This document shows, in pieces, positions 38,295-51,930 of a stretch of 64,000 nt of DNA. The stretch comes from Parasitella parasitica NRRL 2501 (Eukaryota > Fungi > Mucoromycota), in contig MU619290.1 of the NCBI GenBank assembly GCA_025201805.1, positions 89,400-153,399 of the forward strand. The letters are read 5' to 3'. The position numbers and the translations under genes are program-made. The notes under the pieces were generated by a model. It searched no databases. It worked only from the letters and a program-made list of their open reading frames with translations, and was not told where the DNA came from. Within the stretch, counting starts at the first letter, position 1, and each line of letters begins with the position of its first letter.

Positions 38295-39993
38295 TTTCAG
38301 TTGTAAGCAAAGGGAGAAAAACGATTTGATATATTGCACCACCATCAGTTTGATATGTGCTTGGTTCGTTCGTTCAACATCCGCATTGGTTTCAACGACA
38401 GCATCAGACATATATTTCAGACATTGCTTCTACAATGAATTGATGCTGTACAAGAACTGGTTCATCTGGAATCAAAGCATAAACAGGATACACACTGATC
38501 TTTGTGAACTGTCCCAAACTGAAAGTGTAGTGCAGATGCAAATTCTCATCATCTATGCTTGAATGCTGTCATGACTTGATTTAATCTCATTAGTAATCCA
38601 GAAAAGAATCACGGTAACAGCCGACATGTTTAGCCTATTTGACTGTAGTCAGATAAAAAAAAAAGATAATCCAAGTTACTCATACCACTCAAGTATGTAG
38701 TGGAACAATTTGTATGTGGAAATTCAATTTGAGGTCGTTTTTGATCTAAACATTAGATCAGGAACGGTTTCAGAAAAGTCTTGTATCCATGAAATGTTTC
38801 TAAATGCGTGACACTTTTGGTTATCCCCGTATATTGAGGAACAAGAGGACGAAAGCTCAAAACACTAAAGAATGTATAATGCGATAAAGTCCATTAAAAA
38901 AAAAGTGTTTAAAGTCAAAATCCTAATGCCCCGCACACATACCATCAAAGTCGATTGCAGCGTTTGGGAAGTGGTTCTTTTACAGGATCAGATGGCCGGA
39001 ACCGAAATTAAGGATGTTGTACCTTATTTAAGACATGTCATTTTTAGCTATAATATAACTCGCCCTCTTTTCTCTTCTTAACCAACAATTCATACAACTA
39101 ACAAATTCTACTTTTCGAGCTAGGAAATAATCGTGAATCATTAATTTCTTACATTATCGCTAATTATAATAAATAGCTGATTTTTATTTTGAAACACATA
39201 AACCACATAAAGAGTCAAATACCAGAAATTACAGCCACAAATTTCTCCTGCGCAGGGCAGGATAAATGTGTACTTTACCATTGTATTTTTCATTTGTCCT
39301 ATTTTCGCTGTTAATCAATAGGAATTGCACGCCACGTAAAGACATTAGTTTGGGGGGGGGGGGTAATTTAAATTAAAATGGTTTATAAAAACTTTATTTC
39401 ATATCAAAATGGACATGAATCAGCTTGTTCCACTTGCCTAATTCACCACCTGTCAATCTTCAAGCTTAGGTTTTATTGAAGTATGCTAATGATTCAACAG
39501 TGCGCCTTCTTCTATACTCAATTTACAAGACTTATTAGAATCAATCCCAAGCCCAAAGAAGAAAGCTAGTTGAGGTCTATAAACTTGACAACGAAGTATC
39601 ATAAAGGCAACAAAAGAAATATATCACAGAAGGCTTTAAATCCATTGAAACTAGAAAAAAAAAAACTTTAATAAAGGAATTTTTACTTCTAATATTCGTC
39701 AAACTCCTTAAAAAGCTCATCCATCATGCTAAAAGGCGTGAAAAATATTAAGAATAATATATAGCTTTATCTTCGAATAAAGGTTTTACATTACCTTCTC
39801 TATGTATTGCGACAAGCAGGTGCTGGGCAAAATACAATAATAAAAATCGAAACAAGAAGTAATATGCTGTTCGCTCTCGTACTCAAGCTATTGTATGACA
39901 AGCCTCTAAGCCTACAATATACAAATAAACGAGATCTACGCTTTTTTCTTCCTTTTTTTCTTAAAAAAAAAAAAAAGTTTCAAGTGGTGTATA

Positions 39994-42900
39994 ATGTCTC
40001 CTCATCTTGATGGCACTGATGCGGATTCGTCTTTTGCAATCGCTGTGCATATGGAGACAGCACCGAAAGATGTACTACCAAAAAATATAATCGAAAAGGC
40101 GTCCTTAATAGATATATCAGCAAACAAGAGATGGATCGCATACATCACTGAGGACACTTGTCATGATAGCAAGTGTTTGACTATTCGCAAACTCGATATA
40201 CCAAACGCACTTGCTGATGTTGGCACCGCACCAGACGATTTCAGCTCAGGCCATTCAGGTACCACTTCCGAAGACCCCAAAAAGTTTAATGTCACCAATT
40301 ACATTAAAAGAGATGGGCAGAACCTCTGCTATTTTCTGTCTGTATCGCCTAATGGCGAGCGAGCTGCGCTGTCATTTTTGAAAATGAACAATCGGGGAAC
40401 TGTAGAGAAGAAAGAGAAAGTACACAACCCTGACACTATCATCTTCAAAGTGGGCTCTGACAAACCAAAGCGCATCAGATTCAAGGGCAGGGCTGTATTT
40501 CTAAAGAATGGAACCCTAGCTATGATAAACAAGGAAATACTAAAGATCTATGATTGCGACATAAGATACAAAAAGATTCACTGGTTTAATTTGTATCCTC
40601 TATGCTATACAGTAGGAAATACCAGCCATGAGCCTATAGTTGGTTTAGAATCGCTTGTCAAGACTTCCTACGTACATTTTGATCCTCGCAGAATCAACTC
40701 AATAGTCTCTGATGCCAAGGATATCATACGCTTATCGAAACATATCAGACACAATGTCCTTACAACAACTTACCATGACCAAGTGTCCCGTGTTTGGTCT
40801 ATTACGGAAGACGGAGTTCGTTTAACATCGTTCCACTCACTGTCAAGAGAGGAAATCATGGCATTCTCGTTAGACTACAAATATCTTGCTACGTTTGTGG
40901 AAAAGGACAAATCGATAAACATCTACAATGTAAAAAGTGGACTTGTCATTAGCAGATTGAAGCAGAAAGAGGGCGAGAGGCCAGAGCTTGTCGATGAGAG
41001 AATGCCCAATGATTTTCAGCTTTATGTGTGTTTCTGCCATAAATCTCAGTACTTGGCTATGGTGTCTATTGTGAGATTAAAGAAAACTGATACTGAGAGT
41101 ACAAGCAATGCGCTGATTACGTTTCAAGTCTGGAACATAGCGCCTGAAAAATCTGTTTACTACGATACCGAAGAAATTGTGGTTGACTGGGAGATGCAAA
41201 ACAAGTTTATTCAGCCATTTGTGTACGAAGAAGCCAAATCCCATGTGAATAACAGACCTGAATTCGTAGCAGTTTATTCGACAAGTGTCAACGGCGGCAT
41301 GTCCGAGATCAAGGCCAAGAATTTAGAAGTCTTGCGACCACAAATCTCTGACGAGCCCAGCAACTACCTTTGGAAAAGCGTCGATTCCTCATTCTCTAGG
41401 GGGATGATTGCGCGTAATAACTCAAATCATATACATGAGCTGGACAATAGCTTGACTGAGCATAATGGCTTGACATGTTTCCAACGAAACATCGAAGATA
41501 GATCCTATTTGCTTCGTTTTGGGAGAAATACTATACAGTTATGGAAAGTTGCATCATTTGAAAATGGCAGTACAATCACAAAAGATGACAAGCTGATCTA
41601 CATACGCGCATTCAAGGTACCTTTCTATAGCTTTAATGAGGCTTATAAAGAGACATGGGCTATCTGTGAGAGCAATGCGCTCAGGGAGTCTGTGAATCAT
41701 TTTCCGCAGCAAGGACGAATTATCGTTAGCATAAAGCGTGATGCAGGGCCTGGAGGCCAAAATTGCCCAAATGAGCACCATCATACTGAAGAAATATATC
41801 TGCCTGTAAACTGTATGAATAACCCACATGATGCATCATTTATACGCGAGTACCACTACGTTGAAAGCGCATGCCAGGCACTACATTATCTTTGGAAGAC
41901 TATTCAAAACAGAAACGAGACAAATCAAAGAGAATTACAGGTATATCAATGCACGCAGCCATAAAAAAGCAATGCAAGATTAACTTGTGTATTCTGTAGA
42001 AGGAAAACATGGACTATATTTACGAACAAACCAAGAATATCGTCAAGAGATCTATTCGAAGCATGAGGGCTCGCGAGTCAAAGTACTTCACCACCATTTC
42101 GGGGAGTAATACACTAGCAATGCTCGCGTCTTTTGAAGCTGGCAGAGAAGTCATATTTGATATTATTGAAACCGACGAACTTCCTTTTACTTTATTCAGC
42201 TATGTTAGCTCAAGTTTAAACAAGACAGGACAAGTCGTCAACACTAGAGAAAATGCACTGACCGTTCTGATTGAAGAATTTGACTATGATTTGTACCAGT
42301 TGATGTTTAATCGTCTCATTTATCATTCAAAACAACTAGGCACTGGTTGCTTTTCTGCTGTTACCGACGCATTGATTTTCTTACAAGAGCGTGGAAATAG
42401 AGGTATTTATCAGAGAGCACCGTAATAGGTGTGTTTTAACCAGTCTACATCATAGATCTCTTGCTTTTAAGTACTCAAAAATTGTCGTTCTTACAGATTG
42501 ACAGAAAATTTTTGACTATTCTAAAATCTGAAGTTGGAGAGGAGATGCACATGTCCACCTTACGCAAAGATCTGGTGCCTGATTTCAGAGATCTTGAGTC
42601 TCATTCGACTAAAGAGCAAATTACCAAGTATAGCAACAAATGGCTGTTGAGAGGCTGGATAGACCACATCTTTTACTGGTGGTCTTTTTACATTGTATAT
42701 TACTTCAAGCGTCGATTCAAGCAAATATGGATCAAGATAACCACTAGCAATTTCATCACTAATCTGTTTAAAAAAGACATGGCAAAGATTAACGGCAGTC
42801 TGATCAAGCTATGCGTTGTTCCACTCCCTCATTTCAACTCTTATAGCGATTTCCCGGAAGATAGAGATCACAAACACCTCATGGAAAACGCAACCGACAG

Positions 42901-44627
42901 TAATGGGAGTGCTAATATTACAGTAATACCCTATAAAGAAGAAAGTGCTTTTATAAGCCTAGCAACAAATCAGCATGAAAATGATATATTCCATCAAGGC
43001 GACACTGTTCTTGAGGTTCTGCTACAATACAAATGGAACAAGTTTGCGCGCACTAGGTTTCTCCTGGTGTATCTGATCTACCTTATCTACTATATAGCTT
43101 ATTCGGTTGGCGTTTCTTTTTCTCGAGAAGTATTTGGATATGTGCTAGCCACCTCCATATCCAATGCCGGTCATCTTGTGTGTATCATCATTATGTTTGT
43201 TGCGGGTGGCATACTTCTATTGCAAGAGGTTCATCAGTTTGCTAAATCGCACAGCAAACCCTCTTACTTTGTATCTCTGTACAACATTATTGATATTGCA
43301 GCTTTTGTTTTACCTGTTGTTACATTCTGGCAAATGTTAAATGATGTTTCTCATCTGGTAAGTCTTGTTGGTCAGCCTCAATTTCTATGCACACTGTTGA
43401 CATAGATTTTGCGCGATGTAATAGGATGAAGTGAGCAGTGTATCAACGCTCATCTTATGGCTGCACGGTATTCTACGTTTGAGAGTTATACCACTTTTTG
43501 TAAGTCTATACCCTCGATAGTAAAATAGCTTTGCTGATGTATATGTCGCATTGACAGGGCATCACTCTCGAAATAATCATCCAGTTGGTTCAGTCTGTAT
43601 ACAAGGTTCTTATAATCATGCTTTTGGTTATTGTTGGATTCACAAACTCGTTTGTTGTACTGCTGTCGCATAGAGATGATTCCTTCTTCCAGGAGCAGTT
43701 TGAAGGTTCAGCGAACCTCACTGATTCTGGTTTTGCTGAAGAAAATAGCGTTACTTACCACGATGCGAGCTCAAGCAACAACTTTAACAATCCATTTAAA
43801 TCGTTCTCGATGTTGTGGTTTTTCATCTTTGGCGTGTGGGATGCTATAAATGATGGTGACGCTGGAGATGATTATATGGTCATGATATTGGCAATCTCTT
43901 ATTCATTTCTTACGGCACTCATATTCTTCAATTTAGTCATGTAAGTTGAGCTCGCCTTTCTATATATGTAATCTTGTGTTATCTGATGTATAGTTCAAAC
44001 AAAATAGCGCTTTAATGTCGAGCAAAGTTGAAGAAGTGAGAATTCGTGGCAAAAAAGTCTGGTAAGATTGTTAGAATGATCTGATAGAATGATAGTATTA
44101 ATTTTCATTTTTCACCTATTCTCATGTCTATTAGGATCAGTCATTTTGCTGGTATGTGGGTGGCTCTTTTTCTGGACACATGGTTGTTAACCTGATTTTA
44201 TTCAACGCATATAGCTATCGTGGCCGAAATAGAACAATTGTGGTGTACAAAGTATGAGAACCGCTGTCGTAAAAACAATCCAACTTTGATCTACTACATT
44301 GCCAAAACCAGTTACATAAAAGAAAAGAACGATTGGCTAAAAGATCAGACAGATGAGCTTGTCAAGCAATTGAGAGAAGATCAAGCCGAAAAGAGCAGAA
44401 AGTCAAGACCCAACTACATCAAATCTGTTGATGACCTGAAAGATTTGATCAAAGAAGACACTGACAGACTAATTGAGCAGCTGAATACACAAGAAAGGAA
44501 TGCAACCTTTAGTCCTACAACAGATGTAATCAAAGATGTCAAGGAGCTTAGTAGGAAACTACAAGAGGATGTTGCCGATCTCAAAAAGAAGTTGGAGACA
44601 ATTAATAGCAATAATTTCTTTCTTTGA
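39994..44627 (+). CDS. TRP-like cation channel with large WD40-like N-terminus, multi-exon
   Basis: Beta-propeller-like segments (LSVSPNGERAAL, AFSLDYKYLAT...INIYNV); KLCVVPLPHF; LLQYKWNKFAR before S1; TM helices; pore NNFNNPFKSFSMLWFFIFGVWD; S6 LIFFNLVIALMS; TRP-box-like W...AIVAEIE; C-terminal coiled coil. Confidence 0.8.
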
Positions 44628-46272
44628 ATTAGAGATAATCCTTTCGAAAAAAAAATCATCTTTGATACCTTTCTTGTTGTTTTAAATTAAATATACTCTT
44701 ATTTGCGAGAATTTGATGTATTTAAGTATCTGCGTAGGTGTTAGTATGTAGATTTTGCATTTTTAGACGTATCTTTGTCATGCAGAGCATCAGAATCAAT
44801 TAGTAATGTTCTTGTATTACATAATTTTCAAAGTATTTCATCAAGGCAAAACTTGTATAAACCCTGCGTAGATCATTAACTCTTTTATGCACATAAAACT
44901 CAAAAAACGTCAAAAACACAAAATTTGAGAGCTGGATAATCAAAATGGGTATTTCTGGTAGGGACAGGAAGGTTATCTCTAACGCGCAAAAGATTGTGCT
45001 TGTTGAAAAATATTTCGTTATGGGAAAAGACGTGCTCAGTCTGTAATTTTAAAGAATGTGTCCTTGTCTAAAAGAAACGATTTTTTTATAAAGTTTAGGA
45101 TGTTTTCCTGTAGCTACTTGAATTTGAAGGTTTCCTTTTATAAAACATGTGTTTGATAGAGATTTGTAAGAGTCAATCCGTATTACAAAATTTCCTTTAG
45201 TTAGGACGTATTGCTTGAAGATTCAAGAAAAATTAAAATATTTAGTGTCTATATGTATTTCTTTGTTCTGGCAGAATGCTATGAAAGATCAGGGTACCAT
45301 ATTTTAATTAGAGGCTGAAATACTTGGAATTGAAGACACAAAATCAAGTCTCTTTCATACCAGAACACTATTGTCGGTCATGTCATGCATTTATGTCAAG
45401 GATTTTGTTAATTTGGTCGTCTACATGTCAGTTAGCATTAGGAAATGTATATGATAAAGTAGCTTGTCATGTAGTAGTCAATATAGTTACCGTAGAACTA
45501 TATCAATCAAATAAGGTGAGCAGCGGATATAAATGATGTTTTCGTAAACTCTTAATCATACAGTCTTCTTACTTCATACTATTTTATACATTGCTTTAAT
45601 CTTTAAAAAGCACAGCACATGCTCTACAGCGGCGTCGGTTAAAAGAGTTGCAACCAAGATAATTTTTATAATTTTATATAAAGTCTCTTTTTTATTGAAT
45701 TGAAATATTTATGAAAAATCAATTTTTCACTTTGATAATGTCATTTTACTATTATATTAAAATAGCTCCTATTTCCAATGGCCAATGCCCTGAAACTTGA
45801 CACTTTAGCAGTAATGCTATATTACTCTTTATGTTTCCCTATACAGTATTTCTATTCTATTTTAGTATGAATAGCCATTTATTTTCAGAGTAAAACACTA
45901 GCCTTATCTTTATGTAAAGCTTCAGATACTACATTGTCAGGTACACACTGATTTTGTGTGTAAAAATTTTAGTTATTATAAATATTAATTGAAATACAAA
46001 AGAATAAATATTATCCTTTATATACGCTTACCAAAATAAAATACATCTGTCGTGTGCAGAGATGTGTTAGTTTTGTGCTGCTTTATTAAGTGTATATAAA
46101 ATATGAGTAAGAGATGAAAGATAGATCTTTATTCTTTTGTATTCAATTGATATTTATAATAACTAAAAGTGTTACACACAAAGTCTGTGTGTACCTGACA
46201 CATCTTTGCATACGACAACATTTTTTCAAAAGTGTCTACACACACTATTATCTCAAATTAATTAAAAAATAT

Positions 46273-46354
46273 CGTCGCCTGCAGGATTTGAACCTGCGCA
46301 GGCAAAGCCTATGTGATTTCTAATCACACTCCTTAACCACTCGGACAAAGCGAC
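46273..46354 (-). tRNA. tRNA-Ser(AGA)
   Basis: GTCGCTT/AGGCGAC acceptor stem, D arm GTCCGAGTGGTTAAGGAG, anticodon stem TGTGA-TTAGAAA-TCACA, long variable arm, T arm GCAGG-TTCAAAT-CCTGC, T-run terminator downstream. Confidence 0.96.
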
Positions 46355-48360
46355 TTTTTGTAATTATTGCAAATGTAATATTTTTCTATTGTGCTAATAA
46401 TATATCCACACGTGATCAGAGTCTGAGCCAATGGAAACTACGTTCCTGAATCTGATGCTGAATTCTGGGAATGTCTCATTGTAGATATACATATGGAATT
46501 ATGCTTCATACTTGAAATAAATGAAACTTTCTTACGTCTAAAATTCTGTCATATATAATTATGCTGTATACTCAAAATAAATCATGCTTTTTTATGTTTG
46601 AATTCTATCTTATATACTAAATTGCTATTTTATCGCTGAGATATCAACCCATCTTAGTTCTGCAATATAATTTTCACTTAAAAAACAGCAAAACATTTGA
46701 GTTAGTCTCGGGATTGATCTGTTTACCGCAAGAAATTCCAAACAACACAAATCTATTCACAAAGCAGCACCGCAGAGCGTCATATTTGCTACAAGCGCAC
46801 ATCTTTTTGTTGTCTCAATTATTTATCAGTGGCGATCGAAGTTTGAGCCAATTAGAATTCAGATCGCGATTGGTGTTTAATGTAGCTATCGAATAAAGCA
46901 GATAAGTAGCGAACTTGCTTAGCAGCCGCATCAAGTACAGATTGGGTGATCTGCCATAATATGGATAAAAAATCATGGCAATGAAATTCAATTAAAGATT
47001 GAAGATTTTCCAATGATGTGATGTAATACGCTTGTGTAAACTGGAGAATAAGTCTCTGTTTCAAATCAACAAGGTTATTCCTGTAGAACACAGATCTGAG
47101 CACCAGGATAAAGGTCAAAGCACTGTCAGATAAAAAACGGGTAGCCCTTGTTATATAAACTTACATAATACTCTGTCAAGTAGATCATTATTGGGAATTA
47201 GTCTTGTCAATTAGTAATCTAAATAAGTCATCATAAATTTATGTAGTTGTAAAAGGTATAAATAGCAGCTGCAATTTTGATATTAAATCAAGTATCTTTA
47301 GGTTTTAGTATCTCGTAACCTTTGGTTTAATCTTTTTTTGTATCCAGCATGTATGAAAGAATAATATTAAATTATTATAAACCACAATCTCATGCTTTCA
47401 GAAGATTTACTAATTTAAATCCTGTGATCAGAATTATACACTGTGCGCAATGTATTTACGGATTATCAAAACAACGAAAGGGAAGAAAAATTCAAGCCGG
47501 AAATATCCTTTTGTATGGACAATCTTAACCTTTTCGCAGTTTATTTAAATCGTTGCCCTTCACTCTGGATATATTTATTCATATGCTCGTCAAAGAAAAT
47601 CAAAAGAGATATCGAACTATACAAAAGATCTGCTTAGCTTTTTCATACTTTTGAACACTGACATCGGATACATGGCTATGTACGACACCATATCAGCACC
47701 GCTACATCGACAGATTAAACCTTGGAAAGACACTCTCATAATTGATCATCCTTGATCTCTCTGAGATGACTTACAAGCATATACCGGTAACCGACTTTTG
47801 TAGAAGTTAGCAAGATAGTTTGCAGTCCTAGGGCTTACATTGATTGCAAACATTTAGGGCAAAAGTTTACTTTTGATCTTTAAAAACCATTTTTAAATTA
47901 TTACTAATAACTTATATCATGTTTTCCAAAACATGCTCCAGTCAAATAGCACAGAGTAGGATATTACATATTTATTGTGAACATTGATAGATTAAAATTA
48001 GATGAAGTAGCGTTTGGATGTTCATCTTGCGGAGGGAGGGTCATAGAAGAGGAACTCATAGTGATTGCCCAATGAACTCAAATAATGGGAATAATCCAGT
48101 TGAAGCGAATACGTTTATACCATAGGTTAGGGTATCTAATATGTTTAATATGCTTATTAAATTAGATTGAAAGTTTGTTAATAAAATTATTTGTAACAAT
48201 CGCTTGATATATAGAAGGAGATTTCATTTATTTAGTTTTGTTCATGGGACAGGCCGTAATTCGGGGTTGGTAGAGATAGCTCGTTATAATCAAACTATAT
48301 ATGATTTTATTTTTAAACAGATAATGAGAAAATGGATTAATGTAAGAAAATATAATGAAA

Positions 48361-51300
48361 TCAAAAATCATCATCTTGAGCTGAAACAGCAGTGTAGTCA
48401 CCTGCTCTTGAGTTTTTAGAAAAGACGCTTTTGATTCTATCTAAAATTGATTTGGTATCTCTCGGTGAGAGACCATTTCTCAGCATGCCATCCCGTTCAG
48501 TAGTGGGAGACCCGACCGGATGTAACGCCATTTCAATGTCTTCGTCGTCTCTCATTTCATGCACCAATAGCGATAATCTGACAGCAGCGTCATTAGCAGA
48601 AGTTTGATCAATATCGTCCAAACAATCCAGTGAAGGTCGTTTCCAAGTCCATCGAAGAGTCAAGCTACTCAATACAACACTTGTAGAGCTTGCAGCCATA
48701 GCAATACCGGCCATCATAGGATGCAAGCGATAGCCCCAAGGCAAGAAGATACCCATAGCAAGTGGAATACCAATCATATTATAAACACATGCCCAAAGCA
48801 AATTCACTCGGATTCTATGAAAGATAGCTTTTGATAAATCCAAAGCAACAACAATGTCAGTCAAATCATTGCGCATTAAAACGACATCGGCAGCCTCCAT
48901 AGCAATGTCTGTACCGCTGCATAACGCAATTCCCAAATTGGAAGCAACCAATGCGGGCGAATCATTGATACCATCACCAACCATAGCTACGATAGTCTTG
49001 CAACCTGTTTGAGCATTATTCTGATGAAGAGGCAAGTACTGATTCACACTGTTACTTTTTCGTAAACGAGACCACCAGGGAATGTGTTGACGAACAAAAG
49101 TCTGCTCTTGCATTTTCTTGATAATTTGAGTTTTGCCATTAGGAGATACACCAGCGTGGACTTCATTGATACCTAATTGGGTAGCAATGCAACCGGCAGC
49201 AAGCTCATTATCACCAGTAATCATAGCTGTTTGGATACCCATACCATGCAACGTAGCAATGACTTGTTTAGCTTCAGGCTTGACAACATCCGATAAAGAA
49301 ATGAAGCCTGCCGAAAGTCCATCGATACCAACGAGAACACAGGTTCTTCCCATCGAACCTTGTGTCTTATAAATGGATTCTTCTTCATCTGAAAGTCCAA
49401 TGCCATTTTGATCTTCTAGCCATGTCCTATTACCAATAACAATAGTGTGCGATGTATTCAATATAGGCTCTAAGCACGATCTCATATTTTGACTCAAGCC
49501 CTGAGGCAATTCAAGGTCCAATGTTATATCACAAGAGATGCCAAAACCAGTGGCATTAATAAAGTTGTCGACCGAAGCCAGAGGGTCCAATACATCCATG
49601 CCAGTCAATTGCTTGCCAGCAGCAACCACAGCGCGACCCAGTATATGCTCGCTATGAGATTCGGCAATGGCAGATAGCACCAGTAATTGTAAACGGCTCT
49701 GTTCAGTGCCGCTCCAACTCTTTGACTCAACCAAGTTTAGTTTACCACAGGTAAGAGTGCCAGTTTTATCAAACACAACCTTGTTAACGGCTTGACCATT
49801 CTCCAGAACAGCACCTCCTTTGAAAAGAACACCGTTCTCAGCACCTACTCCAGTACCAACCATAACAGCTGTAGGTGTAGCAAGACCCAAAGCGCAAGGG
49901 CAAGCAACAATAATAACGCTGATACAAAGCTTCAAGCAAACAAAGAACCATCCACCATCACCATCATTCATAATCTCCTTCTGTAGGATGACGGGCAAAC
50001 CGTTCACACCTAGAGTTTTGACAAGCATACTCCAAACAATTAATGTGCCTAAGCCCAATAAAACCACCATAGGCACAAAATAGCCAGCGACAGTGTCTGC
50101 GAAACCTTGAATTGGAGCTTTGCTGACCTGCGCATCTTCAACCAATTTCACAATTTGACTAAGAGCCGTATCAGCACCTACACGAGTAGCCTTCATGATA
50201 AATGTACCCAATCCATTAACGGTACCGCCAATGACAGCATCGCCCACGTTTTTGGGAACAGCATCTACTTCTCCAGTAATCATACTCTCGTCAATTGTAG
50301 TAGAACCCAAGAAAATTTCACCATCGGTAGGGATCTTGTCGCCAGGCATCAGTTTGAGCAAATCGTTCTCAGAAATCAAATCGGAAGGAATCTTGCGTTC
50401 TGTAAGAACCACATTGTTCTTATCAACAGTAACCATCAAAGCATGGGAGGGCGTCAAACACATTAGCTTTGAAAGAGCTGAAGATGATTTACCCTTGGCT
50501 TTGTTCTCCAGATAACGGCCCAACACGATAAAAGTAATGAGCATAGTAGATGTGTCAAAAAAAACAGTGGGAGCCATTTTAGCTTGAGTCACTAGAGCAT
50601 TCAGCATAGATAAGATGGAGAAACCAAAGGCGGCCAAAGTAGACACCGACACCAAAACATCCATAGTTGGAGCGCCATGCATAAGAGAGACAAAGGCAGA
50701 ACGCAAAAATCGCTTACCAACGCCAAATTGAACAGGTATAGTCAACAGTAATTGGGCGGCATCTACTAAAAAGACACCAGGAACGAAGAACGGGATCTCC
50801 ATGATCATCGGGCTCCAGCTAAACATAGGTAAAACCATAGCAATGAAAAAGACAGGAACAGCAAAAAACAAGCACTCTGTGAATGCTGTTTTCCACTCTT
50901 TGATTTCTCGCACCTTGGATAGACTCTCCAACTGAGCATTTTTGGTGGTGTCTGCGAGAATAGCGTTGAACCCAAGCGATTCAATCTCTTCTACAATGGC
51001 CCGAGGATTGGTCATCTGACAGTTGAACCTAACCTTGGCCGTTTCGGTCATTAGATTTACGGATACCTCCATTACACCAGGCAGAGCACCGAGGCCTCTT
51101 TCTATACCTGCAACACAACTAGCACATGTCATGCCGTAGATTTGCAACTGCAACAAGTCGTCTTCCTTGCGCTGAATCACCTTGGCATCAAAACCAGCGT
51201 CATTGACTAGTTGAGCGATCACTTCAGGCTGGATATACAACGGATCATAGTCAACAGTGGCTCTTTCCGCCAACAGCGCCACACTAATAAACAATATGCC

Positions 51301-51930
51301 TTTTTGTGATTTCAAAGCCTTTTCAATGCTAGCTACACAAGATGCGCAAGTCATTCCACGAATCTCCAATTGCACTGTATTATTCGTTATTGTATCATTA
51401 TCCACATTGCTTGGCTTTTCCTTTCTTTGAGTCGGATCAGTGTAATCCACTGTTTTTGCTATTGACGTTGGCAACTTGGCTTGCGATTTGTTCAGATCAG
51501 CATTGCTCATGATAACATCAAACCCGCAATCCTCGATAGATTCCACAATTTTTGGTGTTCCCATCAGTTTTGGGTCGTATGTTACTGCTACTTCTTCCTG
51601 CTGTAGATCAACGTGCACAGATACGATGCCTTCGTTGTCTGAAAGCACGTTTGTAATCGCATTTACGCAGGAGTGGCATGTCATTCCAAGGACAGATAAG
51701 GTAATCGTGGTGATTTCAACATCAAATCCACAGTCCTCAATACAGGTCTTCAGGTCGGTAAATGTAAGCAACAGAGAGTCGTGACTAATGGTTGCAGCAG
51801 CAGCTTGTAAGTCTACTTGCACAGAATCGACACCATCCAACTGGGAAACAGCATTGGTAATAGCTCGAACACATGACTGGCAAGTCATGCCTTGGACTGG
51901 TAGACGAGTAAGCTTTAAAAATTTACTCAT
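48361..51930 (-). CDS. CCC2: Copper-transporting P1B-type ATPase (Ccc2/ATP7-like), intronless
   Basis: Four GMTCxxC metal-binding domains, TGE, CPC, DKTGT, SEH, GDGIND, YN and MAASS motifs. Confidence 0.95.
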   Translation of the reverse strand: MSKFLKLTRLPVQGMTCQSCVRAITNAVSQLDGVDSVQVDLQAAAATISHDSLLLTFTDLKTCIEDCGFDVEITTITLSVLGMTCHSCVNAITNVLSDNEGIVSVHVDLQQEEVAVTYDPKLMGTPKIVESIEDCGFDVIMSNADLNKSQAKLPTSIAKTVDYTDPTQRKEKPSNVDNDTITNNTVQLEIRGMTCASCVASIEKALKSQKGILFISVALLAERATVDYDPLYIQPEVIAQLVNDAGFDAKVIQRKEDDLLQLQIYGMTCASCVAGIERGLGALPGVMEVSVNLMTETAKVRFNCQMTNPRAIVEEIESLGFNAILADTTKNAQLESLSKVREIKEWKTAFTECLFFAVPVFFIAMVLPMFSWSPMIMEIPFFVPGVFLVDAAQLLLTIPVQFGVGKRFLRSAFVSLMHGAPTMDVLVSVSTLAAFGFSILSMLNALVTQAKMAPTVFFDTSTMLITFIVLGRYLENKAKGKSSSALSKLMCLTPSHALMVTVDKNNVVLTERKIPSDLISENDLLKLMPGDKIPTDGEIFLGSTTIDESMITGEVDAVPKNVGDAVIGGTVNGLGTFIMKATRVGADTALSQIVKLVEDAQVSKAPIQGFADTVAGYFVPMVVLLGLGTLIVWSMLVKTLGVNGLPVILQKEIMNDGDGGWFFVCLKLCISVIIVACPCALGLATPTAVMVGTGVGAENGVLFKGGAVLENGQAVNKVVFDKTGTLTCGKLNLVESKSWSGTEQSRLQLLVLSAIAESHSEHILGRAVVAAGKQLTGMDVLDPLASVDNFINATGFGISCDITLDLELPQGLSQNMRSCLEPILNTSHTIVIGNRTWLEDQNGIGLSDEEESIYKTQGSMGRTCVLVGIDGLSAGFISLSDVVKPEAKQVIATLHGMGIQTAMITGDNELAAGCIATQLGINEVHAGVSPNGKTQIIKKMQEQTFVRQHIPWWSRLRKSNSVNQYLPLHQNNAQTGCKTIVAMVGDGINDSPALVASNLGIALCSGTDIAMEAADVVLMRNDLTDIVVALDLSKAIFHRIRVNLLWACVYNMIGIPLAMGIFLPWGYRLHPMMAGIAMAASSTSVVLSSLTLRWTWKRPSLDCLDDIDQTSANDAAVRLSLLVHEMRDDEDIEMALHPVGSPTTERDGMLRNGLSPRDTKSILDRIKSVFSKNSRAGDYTAVSAQDDDF

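Noticed and set aside
38295-38411. N-terminal extension of the EGT2-like ORF (MSDAVVET...)
   Set aside because: Family similarity starts at MSNPVFG; the extension is probably an open 5' UTR
46714-47118. Short ORFs in the AT-rich region beside the tRNA
   Set aside because: No recognisable motifs and many stops in continuation; possibly decayed sequence but not assignable
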